NCBI RefSeq assembly: GCF_036321535.1 | Contig: NC_087436.1 | Span: forward strand, 67,892,001 to 67,956,000 | Length of the DNA stretch: 64,000 nt | Direction of reading: 5' to 3' | From: Camelus dromedarius | Lineage: Eukaryota | Part shown: in pieces, positions 13,669-27,679 of the stretch | How the letters are laid out: every line of letters starts with the position of its first letter | Position numbering within the stretch: position 1 is the stretch's first letter | The notes under the pieces: model-generated | What the model saw: the letters and a program-made list of their open reading frames with translations, nothing else | Databases searched by the model: none | Told to the model about the DNA's origin: nothing | Position numbers and translations under genes: made by a program

Positions 13669-14575
13669 TGTATTAGTCAGAGTAATCCAGAGAAACAGAA
13701 CCAATAATACATGTACAGAGATACACAAAGACTTATTTTTATTCTTATTTTTCATTAAAGTCTAGTTGATTTACAATGTTAGTTTCAGGTGTACAGCAAA
13801 GCAATTCAGTTATACATATACATACATATGTATGTTTTCAGTTTCTTTTCTATTTACAAGAAATTGAAATAGTCCCTGTGCTCTACAGTAGGTCCTTGTT
13901 GTTTACCTATTTTGTATACAGTAATGTGTGTCTGTTAATCACAAACTCTTAAACTATCCCTTCCTACCCCCTTTCCCCCTTGGTAAGCACAGTTTGTTTT
14001 CTATGTCTGTGAGTCTATTTCTGGTTTGCAAATAAAATTTGTATCTTTTTTTAGATTCCACATATAAGTGACATCATATGATATTTTTCTTTCTCTGTCT
14101 GACTTACTTCACTTAATATAATAATCTCTAGGTCCATCCATGTTGCTGCAAATGGCATTATTTCATCATTTTTTATGGTTGAGTAGTATTCCATTGTACA
14201 TCTTCTTTATGCATTCATCTGTTGATGGACACTGAGGTTGTTATTTTAAGGAGTTAGATCATGTGATTTTGGAAGCTGGGAAATCCAGAGTAGGCCAATA
14301 GGCTGGAGACCCAGGGAATAGTTGATGTTGGGTCTGGAGGCAGTCTGGAACAGAATTCACTCATCCATGGGAGATCTGTCTTTTTTCTCTTAAACCTTTC
14401 AACTGACTCAATGAGGCCCACTCATACTATGGGAAGTAGTCTGTTTTACTCAGTCTACTGATGTAAATGTTAATCTCTCTAAAAAATACCTTTACAGTAA
14501 CATTGAAATCAGTGGTTCACTAAATATCTGGGTACTGTGGCCTAACCAAGTAAATATATAAAATTAATCATCACA
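13669..14575 (-). mobile_element. ERVL solo LTR (MLT2D-like), interrupted by an L1
   Basis: Starts 'tgtattagtcagag..ccagagaaacagaaccaata' and ends 'aaaattaatcatcaca'; the two halves join across the L1 at 13740-14240. Confidence 0.85.
13740..14240 (-). mobile_element. 5'-truncated L1 3' end inserted in MLT2
   Basis: 'agttgatttacaatgttagtttcaggtgtacagcaaagcaattcagttatacatata...tctaggtccatccatgttgctgcaaatggcattatttc'; TSD TTATTTT at 13733-13739 and 14241-14247. Confidence 0.9.
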
Positions 14576-14994
14576 CACAATCACCCTCCTTTAACTTTTT
14601 AAAAATGAAATGAACCTCCATAGAAACTCTTCTCCAAGGACCCATCTCATATCCATTTACATGAAAATGCCTGTCCTCTTTGAAGATCTGCTCAGGAAAA
14701 CTAAGCTTTATGAACTCTGTCTCTCAGGGGTATTCTTTAAATATTATTTTATTTAAAAAAATAAAAGTTCATGTTAAGAAAAGAGGTCTTATCTCACGTA
14801 AGTTTAGAATAAAACAGATGTATCAGTGGATAAAGTATAGTACCTTTCCTTCTAAGTGCTGTTCCAACTTCATTAAATCTATAAAATTTTTTAAAAATTA
14901 AAAAAATAAAAAATATAAATTCTGAAACATAAAAAAAATCACCAGTTTTTTTCTCTCAACATTCAAAATTACCTTTCCCAACAAACTTCTCAGT

Positions 14995-15308
14995 TATAGA
15001 GAATTGACTTACAGAAACAGATTCACAGACATAGTAAACAATCTTATGGTTACTGGGGGAAAGGGGGTGGGAAGGAGTAAATTTGGGAGTTTGAGATTTG
15101 CAAATGTAAGCCATCACATATAAAAATAGATTTAAAAAGTTCTTCTGTACAGCACAGGGAACTATATTCAATATCTTATAATAACCTTTAATGAAAAAGA
15201 ATATGAAAATGAATATATGTGTGTATATGCATGACTGGGATATTGTGCTGTATACCAGAAATTGACACATTGTAACTGATTATACTTGAATACAAAAAAA
15301 AAAAAAAA
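14995..15308 (+). mobile_element. Lineage-specific (camelid-type) L1 3' end with poly(A)
   Basis: 'tacagcacagggaactatattcaatatcttataataacctttaatgaaaaagaatatgaaaatgaatatatg...ccagaaattgacacattgtaactga' followed by an A15 tail. Confidence 0.85.
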
Positions 15309-17299
15309 GCAAATGGCTTTGCTCTTTCATAAAACTGGAGATTCTCAAAGACCTTGTTATCCTGAGATTTACTACTTTGATCTTGGTTATTTAAAAAGTC
15401 AATATTGATTGGTATAGTATGTGTGAAAGAAGTAGAGGAAAGAGCATGAGGCTGGTGAACTGCTCTATTATCTCAACTCATAAAACTGAAATTGCCATTG
15501 GATATAACACATTAAGATGTTCTGTCTATGGAGATTTCTGGGTAAGAAAGAAATATGGCTATGCTCCTTTAAATCAACAAGTGTGAATAATTAATATAAA
15601 ATTATAATTTATTATAGGAGGTGCTTTATTTTTTATAACATATATCATCCTGTTATGATTTTGTTCATTTGGCCTCACCAAACTTCCCTAAGCCATATAG
15701 GGCAGCTACCCTTAGACCCAAACTTCAGAACTGGCAGATGAGGTTCACAGTGATTACAAAACGTGCTTTTGGCTGCTGAGCTGGTAAGTGGGAAAACAGA
15801 ATTTAAATTATGTCCATCTCTTTCTCAGTCTAAGGCAGTTAAGGGCTGGGTGGCTGTAAATTAAGCTTCAGGTATGGGCCTCAATGTCTTCATTTCTTAA
15901 ATGGGAATATAATAACACTTCTCAGAACACATTGCTTGGCATATGGGAAATACTGAATCCTTTCTAGCGTTTAGAATTATTAATCATCAACCACCATAAC
16001 AATGGCTTAGAGGTCCATGGAGGGAGAGATGAATAAGCCCTTCAGCCCCAGCACCCAGAAAAGAGTGCTTGTTTTGCGCTGTCCTGTTGCTCAGTACAGG
16101 GGTTCCGAACCCAACCATGTAGACTACAATGTAGTCAGTGAGAAAGATATGTCTCCCTGGAGTTAAGCAATGTCTCTGCTTATCATGGCACTACGGAAGC
16201 AGCTGTCACTTTATTGTGGGTGACCAAAATGTTAGCAAAAGTGAAAACAGCAGCCCTGAAAAATAGGAGCTGTGAAGACGATGGCCAGTTGGAGCAGCAC
16301 CCACCAGGGCTGAGCCCTTTAGGTATCTCATGGCTAATAGAAAGGAGAGTTGGGTGAAGCCAAACTTTGTAAAACTCCCTACCCCACCACACCCTAGTCA
16401 TAGAATGCCTTCCCTAAAGTTCATTTCTATCTCTTACTAGAATTTTAGGGAGGGAAATGTATAAGCAAAATTAAAAATTTAACTACTTAAAACTGCTGGT
16501 TGATTAAGTAGACAAATCATTTTCGACATTATTTTCTGACAAATCATCCCATGATCTTTTCATCATATACTGATATTAAAAATGGAGGGTAAAGACTATG
16601 TCTCCACTTGGCATATAGATAAACTGAGACATATAAAACTTAATAATAGCTTGTACTTAGATTTATAAATCAGTAAAAAAGTCAGAATGGAATTCAAGTG
16701 ATGTTTTTATTCATATTATTTGTCTAGTCAGAGAACCAAATGGCATCACTTACATTTCAGAAAGAGCAATAAATCAACCTAAATTTCCTTCACAAACACT
16801 GGATAGTATAAACTGACTAATCCAAAATGAAAAAAGCACCTTAGATTAAAATATCAATATAACTGTCTTCAGAGGAATCCAATAAAATATTAAACTCAAA
16901 AGAAGTTTGTTTATACTGACAGGCTCAGTGAAAAATAGCAAAGTCAGTTTGTCTGAGCAATAACCCTATGAAAATCAAGTTGAAAGACATAAATGCTTAT
17001 GGGAGACATTGTCTATTATTATGGTGCTAAAACAAATATTGATGACAACTAGACAATACATTTAGAGCATGAAATGCAATGATTCAGCATACTAATTTTT
17101 TCTACCATTTTTTCAAAACACTTTTTAATAGTGACTTATATGCAGACAGACGTCTGAGAAAGGTATCAGTCTTGATTTAGAACTTACCTATTCACTGAGG
17201 GGCTAATAATTCTTGCTATTCTTTCATCTTTTTCCACATAAGATCTCAAGTACGCCAGCTTTGAGAACAGTTACTGCAAAGAAAAGACAATCATTTCTG

Positions 17300-17766
17300 G
17301 TGTATGGCTTATATTAGGTTTTTGACTGTGAGAACTTTGCCTCTGAAATTCAGATTTACATGCAAGTAGTTTATAGGGGTGATAATCCCAGGGGTGTGGG
17401 GGCAGTGAGGCAAGAAAGGGAAGGGATAAACCAGTATAAGGTTTCTCATACACAGGTTAACACTGTAGGCAACTAGAATCTGATCTGGTTCAGCACTTTT
17501 GGAAGAGGGTAAGAAACATGCCCCCGAGTTTTACAAGGGGAAGAGAGGGTGAGATGGGGCATTTATTCACCACTTCTCATTTGTCATTTGTGGGCTGTTG
17601 GTAGGTAAGGGTCATTGGTAGTTAATTCCCTAGCATTTCTGGCCTGCTCTGCCTCAGGCCTCTGTAGTCAGAAAAAGACTTTAGAGTAAAACCTGAAGGT
17701 ATTTATATTAACAAGGCAGTGAGTGCCAAAGGAATACAGTTTGGAAACCCAGAGCATCTGTTATCA
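17300..17766 (-). mobile_element. ERVL solo LTR (LTR16C-like)
   Basis: 'gatttacatgcaagtagtttat...agtgaggcaagaaagggaagg...cactgtaggcaactag...gttaattccctagcatttctggcctgc'. Confidence 0.65.
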
Positions 17767-17908
17767 GTTCTTGGCCACAGAGTACACTGGATTCATAATT
17801 ATAGTGTAGTCATCAGTCTCTAACACTTAATCACCTAGATTCTTTGGTGCATAGTCCCTCTAATCTTTATCTAGTGGTAGCCTAGAGCAGGGATTCTCAA
17901 AGACCCTG

Positions 17909-18348
17909 TGAGACAGGAGGGAATAGGGCAGGGTATAACCATTGAAGGAATGACACAGCAATTGAGGAAGGACAAACTGGTTAGAACCAAGATGGTGGAA
18001 GATTCGACTTTCAGTAGACCTTGAGCCTCAGGGCACACACACAGGAACCATGACAGTTCCTAGGCTGACTATAAAAGGTCAAAAAGTAGGCGAGGCCCAA
18101 TTCCTGGAATCCCCACCCCTTCCCCAAAATAGTTGGATAAATCCTCCTACTTATTAGCATATGTAATTACCAAACCCATAAAAACTAACAATCCTGCACC
18201 TCGTGGTCACACTTTCTTGCCTCCAGAGATGCCCACCCTCTGTCTATGGAGTGTGTATCTCTCTAAATAAACCTGCTTTCACTTGCATATGCCTCGCTCT
18301 TGAATTCTTTCCTGCACCCATGAGGTAAGAACCTATTCTCTGGCAACA
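17909..18348 (+). mobile_element. ERV1 solo LTR (MER41-like), inserted in a MER5A-like element
   Basis: TG...CA termini, perfect 4-bp TSD CCTG (17905-17908 and 18349-18352), AATAAA near 18266; homologous to the LTR at 63444-63927. Confidence 0.9.
18101..18109. promoter_or_regulatory. GAS (STAT-binding) consensus TTCCTGGAA in the LTR, overlapping a kappaB-like GGAATCCCC
   Basis: Exact TTCN3GAA match; function not shown. Confidence 0.4.
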
Positions 18349-20124
18349 CCTGCTAGCACCACATGTCATGATCATTTGTGAGATGTGCAGCACTAACATA
18401 TAACCGATAAGAATTCAGATACCAAAATTTGAAAATAACTTTTTAAATGAATTTAAATAAACCCCCTGTCATTCTCTTTAATGCATCCACCTAACTCTGT
18501 GGATTGACATGTTTCTTAGGCGAAAAAGTGATAGAGTGAAAATGTGTACTCTGAAATGCTTATAACCAGGAGTCCACCTCATCTACCCCAGAATCTACAG
18601 TGTCTCTCTCATATGGACAAACTTTATTTTGTATTTTATGGATTAAAAGTTTTGGAGTCTGGTAAAGGCAGAGATCCATCTCATATATATTCCTTCTGAG
18701 TGAGGGACTTGCAAAGGGCATGCCAAACACAAATCCTCAAAGAGTTGGAGGCATAGTCTCTCTCTTCTTGTGAAACATTTAACTTTTACAAGAAATTTAG
18801 TTAGACATCTGATCAAGTACTTTCCCAAGGGCATGCAATTATCCAAATTGCAAATAGCATTCAAAATTGGAAAAGATTGGCATGGTATCTATCACATGAA
18901 GGTTTTATTGGTCATGGAGAGGTAAAGTGCGTTATAATTTTAGCCACTCAGAAGAACAAAGGAGAATGTATATATTTTAGGATATCTAATCAAATGTTCT
19001 CAAAGCAGAATTTATTACATTTTTTAGGATGTCCAAGAGACGCTGTAAGAGTGAATATGTATTTCAGTGCATTTTGTGAAGTGCTTTCAGAGTTGAATTT
19101 GTCCAAGAGACCATCACTGAAAATGATATTAATTATTAATTCAACACTTTGAACACTGAGTACTATGCTAATAAAAGGAACTTGCCCTTACAGAACTGAA
19201 TTCATGCACAGAGTCAGAACGTGCATTTCAAAATTTAAATATTAGAAAAGGCAACAGATAACTGTATATAATTATTTCAAAATGACAGGTTGAGGCAGTA
19301 AGTACTGGCAGTTCACAGGAGGGCCTCATCATTAGTGATGACTTGGTTGAGAAGATAAAGCTGAATTGGACCTGAAAGATTGGTAGTTTGGACAGGATCA
19401 AACCACCACCAGGTTAAGGACAAAAGAAAGAAACGATGACTAGAAAGACCTTACAAAAGCACTCCTTAGAAAAGTACTGATATAGCGTTTACTGATATAG
19501 TAGCAATTCAGTGAATAATTTGATATTAAATAGCTCATTATTCAATAACTCAGTATCTCAATATTATTTTAAGCATTTATAACAACCATCAAAATGATTG
19601 AGCTCTGAGTTTGAGATTCTTTCAGCTCTGCATTCTGTTTAATATTTACACCAATTTTTCCAAGTATCAGGCAGTAGGTTACCAATTAAAGGATCTGATG
19701 CTACTAAATTTTGAAACTTGTTTCTTAAAGACCATTAGAGGGGAAAAAAAAGTCATCATTAAAGACAACTGTGAATAATCCCTTTCTATATCATTAAAAG
19801 CTTAATTTTCAAGTCAATCCAGATTTGGGTTCTCCTGAATACTGAAGAACTAACCTAGACAACAATAAGGATCTTATTTCTTTATTATCAATTGTGCCTA
19901 TTTAATAAAAAGCAGTGGAGAAAAAAAAATGTTATGTTTACAAGCAGTATGAGATCACCCAAACAAGATAATTTGGGGAAAATTATCCCAAAAGGAATGA
20001 TTTCAAAATGTCATTTATTCATAACTTTGCAGAAATGCCACATTGAGGCTCCTGCAATCTTCTTTGATAACCTGAGTTTCTTGAGACCACAAATATAGTT
20101 AAAATTTAATGGGGTTTTTTAGTT

Positions 20125-20860
20125 ATATGTGAAACATGTTTTATGAGATTTATATATATTCTTCTTTATTCCCTTTAATAGCCCTAAGAGGTAGTGTTAG
20201 GTAGTTAGATAAGTGGGGCACCAGGCAGGTAGGTGAAGGAGAGGAAGGATGGTCCAGAAGATGGCGTTAAGCTCACCTCCAGTATAAATGGACTTGACTT
20301 CTAAATGAGTGTCAGCAAGAAACTGGTTAAAACCCCACAGCCATGACTACCAGGTAGCAAAAAGGACTTAGTGGGACACAATCCAATGCTCATTGTATTA
20401 TAATTAATATTGTGGTTTAGGGCCCCCAGGGATTTTTCTTTATACACCATGGGTAAGGACATGAGCAAAGGGCCCAAACATGACTAAGCATTCTAGGGAC
20501 AGGAGCCCTCAATTGATCAAGAGACCACCTCTAAGCGAGGGTATAAGAGAAAAGTGAGACAAAGACCACCATGATTCCTCCTTGAATCAGCCCATCTCTC
20601 GCTCTTGGAGACGTACTCTTCTTTTCCAAAATAAATCTTTTAAAATCTTTTTGTTACACAACATTTCCTATCTCCCATCGGTAAATATTATCTTTCACAT
20701 AAGACAAGAACCTTTTTTTTTTCCTGTTTCCCTTTTGGGTAACAATAGGAAATATTATTATCTCCATTTTACAAATGAGGAAAACTAAACTATAAAAAGG
20801 TTGAGAAATTTGCCTAAGGTTTCCAACATAATAACAGTTGAACCCAAGATGTTTAAAGTA
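20125..20860 (-). mobile_element. MIR SINE split by an LTR
   Basis: 'taatagccctaagaggtag' joins 'gaaatattattatctccattttacaaatgaggaaaact' across the LTR. Confidence 0.75.
20195..20744 (+). mobile_element. ERV1-type solo LTR
   Basis: Termini 'tgttagg...ggtaaca', TSD GTAG/ATAG (3 of 4 match), TATA-like 'gggtataagag' and AATAAA near 20630. Confidence 0.85.
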
Positions 20861-20889
20861 TATGCCTACATTTAATAGTAACAGAATAA

Positions 20890-21170
20890 CTGTTTTAAGA
20901 TCCTTGGCTACTTATTATATCAGTGTCATTTCTGGATCTGTTTCTTTTGACTAATTTTCCTCCTCATTATGGATCATATTTTTGTGCTTCTTTGCATGAC
21001 TGATAATCTTATATTTGATATTACACACTATGAATTTTGCCTTGAGAAAATTTTATATTCTTTCTTTTCATTCTTCAGCCTCATTCTAAGATTCATTTAC
21101 ATTTCTCAGAAATAATTTGAGCCTTTTGAGGCTTTTAAGGTTTGTCAGATAGGTTCAGCGTAGTCTTTAA
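20890..21170 (-). mobile_element. Old L1M 5'-region fragment
   Basis: 'tgtcatttctggatctgtttcttttgact...tcctcattatggatcatatt...ttctttgcatg'. Confidence 0.55.
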
Positions 21171-24100
21171 TAAGTAAAGTAAATACTGAGCATTTAAAAA
21201 AAACTTGATGAATGATAGATTAACAACTACTTACTTTTCTACTTTAATGCTCAGTATTATACCAGGAAATAGAAGTACATGAAGAAGCAAATAGACAGAT
21301 GTTGTGGGCAAGGATTTAACAATATATTTGGGAAAATAAAATATGCATGCAACTAAATAATGAATTAAACACACACAAACATACACGACATGATTTGTTA
21401 TCTAAATCATAAATGATATAAAGATTCAGAATCATAGCATTAAAAAAATCATAGAATAAATTATACCTACATTGTTAGAGATTTAGAGAAAATTTTAAAC
21501 TTACATATTGCTTTATTACTTTGATGATATAGAATTTTTTACTGATATTACTGTTTGTTGGAACCCTGTTATTGACTACCTTCAATTTCCCAGTATCGCC
21601 TCCACTCAATAAAAAGTCCTATTACTCAGTAATTTAAAAACAAATTATTAACAGTGAATACTAATCAGTGTTGTCCATTCAAACATCTACTAGAATCCAA
21701 ACCACAGAACAAAAAAAAAATGTCAAAGGGTGTTAGTTCATCTATCTGTTTTTATCATGCCTCTGATACAAAAAGATACTTGATAATATAAATTTAGGAA
21801 ATTAAAGCCAAAGTGCCCTTACTTTTGGATTTGATTTAGGGGCAAAATAAACTGAATTAAAAATAATGTTTCAAACTTGCCCTTCCATTAAAGAGTCCCA
21901 AAAGGCAAAATTGGTAAAGCATATAACAATTCCCCTGTTAAATACCTATTCTGATTTACTTGGCATAGATTAGAAACCTGATCTCCACACAGATGTGTCA
22001 GAACCATGCAGTCATCAAATAAACGTGATCATGTAATTTGTAACATCAATTGAGAGGTAAATGGTTAGCTTTCACCTAGCAGACTGCCTTCTGGCTTTCC
22101 TCTGCTTCTTTTGTCTTCCAGAGTTTAGTTCATATGTATCACCTCTAGTCTAGATTTTTTATTAATAATTTAAGTGGTTCTCTAAGCCACCTCAAAAGTT
22201 CTTTGACTGAATCCACCCAGAGCTATTAACTTGTCACTTTACTTTCTTTTTATTTACACACAGTTGATGTGACACTATTGGAATTCTTTTACAATCAAGT
22301 ATAATACAAACACCAGGCACTTTCTACAAAATGAAGGACCATTTCAGAAATGTTCACCTAGAACCAATTTAGAAATTCCAACCTAATCCATCACACTGAA
22401 ATCTGGATGAAGAGATACTATCATTAAAATCCCACATTTTCCAGGTGCCTCAGAGACACAATGAAACTAAGGACTGAGATTTAAATAGCTTACTGCTTGA
22501 CCTTCACAGATGTTTGACTTAAGTAGGGCTCAGCAATTTGTGAAGTCTGCATTCGTGTTCTGTAGAATTAGAAAAACCATGAGGGGTCTACTTTGATCCA
22601 AATAATTTTGTTTTTTAAGTACAAAGAGTGTGAGCAGCTTGCCTGTAAAAAGTGCCATTAAAGAATAAAGGGAAAAAATTCTACTCCCTAAGAAAAATTG
22701 ATTTCTGTTGTTTTCTTTTGACTTCCTCTAGTAAATACAGAATGGTAGAACCTTTCCTTATAAATGCCATCACACGGAAATCTTAGTAACAACAGAAACT
22801 GAGTAACAAAGGAAGGATAGTAGAAAAAATGCTATAATTCTTTTAAAATTTACCAGGTATTTCCTATAACTAGAAATAACTAAAATTTCTTAACTAAAAA
22901 ATTACTAAAAATCAAATTAGTAAACCTCAACAATTTTTAATAGAATTTTATATAAATATTTTCTAGAGGAAGTTCTTTCTTTACAAGATACCAATAGTTC
23001 ATTGGACCTGACTCAAGTGGATCAGTTTTCCCTAAATATTTTAATTTTTCCTGTTGATCTTTTAAAATTGGGTTAAAGAGGACTTCTGTGATAGCAATTC
23101 AAATTTTCTCTTCCACCCATACTTTTGTTTATATAAATATGTGTTAGAATGTGGTAGAAGAGATTTAAAATAAGAGGGTAATAAACGTACTGAATTTGTT
23201 TTCAATTACTGCAACCCACTTAAAAGGGTAATTATTGAAAGTGAGACCACATGAATTTTTTAAAAAGCATCCACTTCATTTTACAAAAAGCTTTAAGTTT
23301 CACTAGAAACTGAAAGCCATACGATCCATAAGATTAAAAGCCATTAGTAAGTGTTTCTATGTCACTATAAATGATTTTCTCAAGGGGGGAAAAAGAACAA
23401 CAACGAAGATAAAAACATTACCAGGCAATAAGCTTGAATAATGGGCCTTTAGAAAAGGGAAAATCAGATTCTAGTTAAAACTATAAATTGAGATGCTGCA
23501 TTATTCACTTTCTATGCAACTCCAACTATATTTGAACTAGTATTTGTTAGTGGATGATTCCACAGTGAGATTGTATAATGTGCAAAGATATTTAAGCAAT
23601 TTATAAGTCATATTAAGAAGTATTATTTAATGTGTTGCAGAATATTATAACTTGCATATGGTAACATTCTCATAAATTGGATTTAGAATAATAATCTGGG
23701 TACTAATGGGGCAATTACTTTCTAAGAAAAGAAGAATACTTTAAAAAAACTCCATGGTCTTAAAACCATGCTGAATCTCAGCATCCAGAAAAGATTTAAC
23801 CTCCACTGCTTCTAAAGTTATGTGTATCATCTTGAAGCAATAGTAAGCAAACAGGAAAGAAAAGCAACAAATGCGAAACAAAGTTTGAAATCTATAATAT
23901 AAAAAAACAAATAGATCTCATTTGTCAAAATCTAGATGTGTGGAGTTTTCAACATATTTCACAATGCTGAGCCCAGCAAACAGGAGAGCCAATCACATTT
24001 AATCTCTTTCCTTTTGAAAAGATGGTCGAACCTACATGTCTTTTATGATTCATTTATCCCCCACCCTAATGCACTTAAAATCTTTCTCATCTAAACAATG

Positions 24101-26949
24101 TTTAAGGAATTTATATCAGTGATTATTTTCACAGGGATACCTTCGCCAGTGAGTTGCTAACAGAAAGTCGTGGAAGGTGTGCCTAGAAGGTGTCAAGTAC
24201 CACAGCACAACACGCCATTAAAGGAGCAGACACTTGGAGGAGATTTTATGCAGCTACTCTGTTCATACTGTATTTTTTCTCCCACTTAATTCACATTTGT
24301 ATGAAAAGTTAGCCCGACTAGAAGGGCAGTGTTTATTTTACTTGTTCTTTAAGAAAGATTCAATTACAGGCTATTTAGTAGCACTGTTCTCTTTTAGGCT
24401 CTTCCTTAAAAAATCTCCCAAAGCATATATAGTAAAACATCTACACATGACTAGAATATCCACCACATCTATCTGTCTAGCATCTAGCATTTATCTGTCT
24501 ATTGAGAGACATAAGTGGAGGTTCAGAGAGCATAGCTGCTGAGGAAATCATGGGATCTGAGTGAAATCAGTTTAATGAAAGCTGAATACAGATATTGGAA
24601 AATCTTCATTTTAATATTCATGGTTGTAAATTGTTCAGGTAAAACTCTAACTCCTTAGACACTGAAACTATTGGGAACAAGAATTCAGTAGGATAATGCT
24701 CTAAATGCCATACTTCGGTGAGCCATTTAAATGCATAAAGCTAATGCTATCATTCTTTAATGCTACCAAGAAAATGATACTTGATCAAATTATGACTAAG
24801 GTAGAATTTAAGATCAATTTTCTCAGGGAATCTGCTAGTTACAAGGAATAGTTGGATTAGTGAGTCTGTTTTTTATTTTGATGATCAGCCCTGAGTAGAC
24901 CATGTTTGGAAGGCAAGTACCAGGAAACAAAGCCCACCTTAATAGCCTCAGCAGTAAAATCTGGCCCATCTAATTCAGGAGGTTTTACTCCCTGCAATTC
25001 ACATTACAAACTGAATGAGATAAATGTTGTTGGAGTGAATCTCCTTTCTCCTGACTGTACATCTTAGCTTGGAGGAACATCAATTAGTATAACTCTCTAG
25101 TCATTTCTCCAGCCCATAATTTAGTCCTTCCAAAGGAATAAATACATTGTCGCTCTGGCAAATTTGAGAATAGACTCCAGGAGTGCCAAGCTTAACCTGA
25201 CTCCTCCTTTTATCTCTTGAGTATCTGCCTGCCTGTGGAGAGTATTTTCCCTGATGTGCCCCAAGCTACAGGAAATATTCAGTGGACAAGGCTTTGCTCC
25301 TGCCTGGGCGGTCTGGAAGCTATTCAGCACTGCCTTGGATCAGTCTGTCTATTTACATGGTTCAGCACTACGAAGTACATTTTGGTCTCACATAAACCAG
25401 TTCTTCAACATTTCTAAAGCAATAAAACTACCCCCTTACCCCCCACCTATCTGTCTTTTATTCATCTATCAATTTGTTAAGAACTTATGTGAAGAATAAA
25501 GGAATATTTTTGTACTGATCTCAAACTCCAATAAATATGCTACCTTAAAACTAATTTAAACAGTGCAATAGATATAGCCCAAAAAAGAAGAAACTTTGAG
25601 TTCTTAAAATCCTATTCTGGGTAACATTTAAATAAGACACATTTTTTGAAGAAATCACAGAATTTTTTTAAAAATAAGAGCTATTTATGAAGGAGAGGCA
25701 ATAATTCAAGCTGGAATGATCTACAAGAGTTTGATGTCTCTAATTTTGCTGGCTTGCTCACTAGACCTTTGAGAATTTTTTACTCAAAAAGAAATTTCCC
25801 TCTTCTCATAAGGGTGCCTGCATACAATTGATGTGTTTAGACACTGAATGGACATGTAAGCAATGAAAGCAGATGACAGAGAAACTCTGACTGGGAAACC
25901 TGATTGTTATAGTCTTATTTCTAATGTTAAGTTCTCATGGGCTACCATTAACCCTATTACCAGGATTAGATTCAGGTTGGAGCTAGACTTATCACAGTAA
26001 ATCAGATTTAGAACCAAAATTTCAGGTCTGTTTATTTATTTTTTTTTTATTTGTTCAATTTTAACAAGATGTGTCTTCAAAATAAAGGGGCATGTGGATC
26101 AATTGCAGATTTGCTCAAATGGAAGAGCAAATTCAGCAGTTATTCAATAGACATGACCCTACATTTTAGCAATACTGAGGAAATTGAAACAAAGGAATAT
26201 GAAAAGAGGTATTAGTTGAGAAAATATGCCTTGAAATTTTCTTGCAATTCTGAAATATACTGTTTACTATTTTCAAAATGTTCGAAGCACACTGATGTCT
26301 CAAGGAAAGGTTTGACACAACATAATCATAGTAAGACTAAAAATGGCAATAATGGGACAACAGTTTGAGCATCCAAGAAAGACAAAATTACCAGATAAAC
26401 TTTGTATTTTGATAAGATTATAGTCTGTTTTTATTTATATGTTATTAAACAAAAATCTGGCTTTGGTTCTAGACTCAGCCCTATACATTTGTTAAATAAC
26501 CAAATGCTCTGAAAAAGATTTCAGTGAATTATTTTATGTTGGACATTTAGGTCATACATCAATGATTTAAAATATTAATAACATATTTTACTATTTATAA
26601 AATATTAATCTTATAAGTATTTATAAAATATTAGTCTGAAATAAACAGCCTACATAGTGACTGGTGACTCTGGGTTTCTATGGAAAAATAATATAAACAT
26701 ATTTATTCTATATATATAATGTGAGGAAGGTTACTGAATACAGGGGAAGACCTGAATAATTATGACAAGGGAAGGAAAAAGTTGACAGGAAATTAAATAT
26801 AAACTAAATCCCAAAAGATAAGTTAACTTATCCTTGTTGAGCAATTTAGGTGGTAAAATGTCCTTGAATGGTGGTGAAAAAGTGAGAGATGAGTCACCCC
26901 AGATAAAATTTCATGGTCAAAGTTATGGATACATGAAACTTCAGAGTTT

Positions 26950-27420
26950 CTTAGGAAAGGAGAGAACAGTATTGAGAAGTAAGGGGACTGGGAGATCATG
27001 AAATGAGACTGTATGAATAGGATGGTGCCAGAAGGTTTGGAGTTTGACCTGGAAGAAGTGGAATCTCATCAAAGTTTTCTCATATTATCAGGGACATGAC
27101 CAAATCTATAATGTAGATATGTAACAATAATAGTATGATAGGAATTATAAGAAATAGTGAGTACAATCTTGACTGCATGATTTAAAAGTCTAGTTATATG
27201 CCTAAATTTAGTAGATAAAGAGATAGAGTCAGAGAGATAAGAAGCTCTTGCAATTATCCATGCAAAAGATAATAAAAGCCAAGTGGTGGTGGGAATGGTG
27301 GAGAAGGGAAGATGTTAAGGAGACATTTTAAGGAAGAATAAACACAATATTGATTGGATTATTATGTAGAGGGTATAAAGATCAAAGGTAACATATGATT
27401 ATAAATTACCTGATTGAGGG
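26950..27420 (-). mobile_element. L2 LINE fragment
   Basis: 'gaagctcttgcaattatccatgcaaaagataat...gtggtggtgggaatgg...gagacattttaaggaagaat'. Confidence 0.65.
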
Positions 27421-27679
27421 TACAAATAATAGGTACTGTAATTTCCATGGAGTTAAATACACCAGTGGTTTTAAATGGTCTTTGAAAGATGTATTCACTG
27501 TTTTCAGGTGACTTTCTTAATGCCTATATTTCATCATCCATGACCATTTAAAACAGATTTACATGTTGTGACTTTTCCAACATCTCTATCATTACACAGA
27601 AGAAAGAGTTTATATTTTCTAAAGAAGACAAAGCAAATGTTTGCATTTATAATCTTTGACAACCCATGAAAAATTAATA

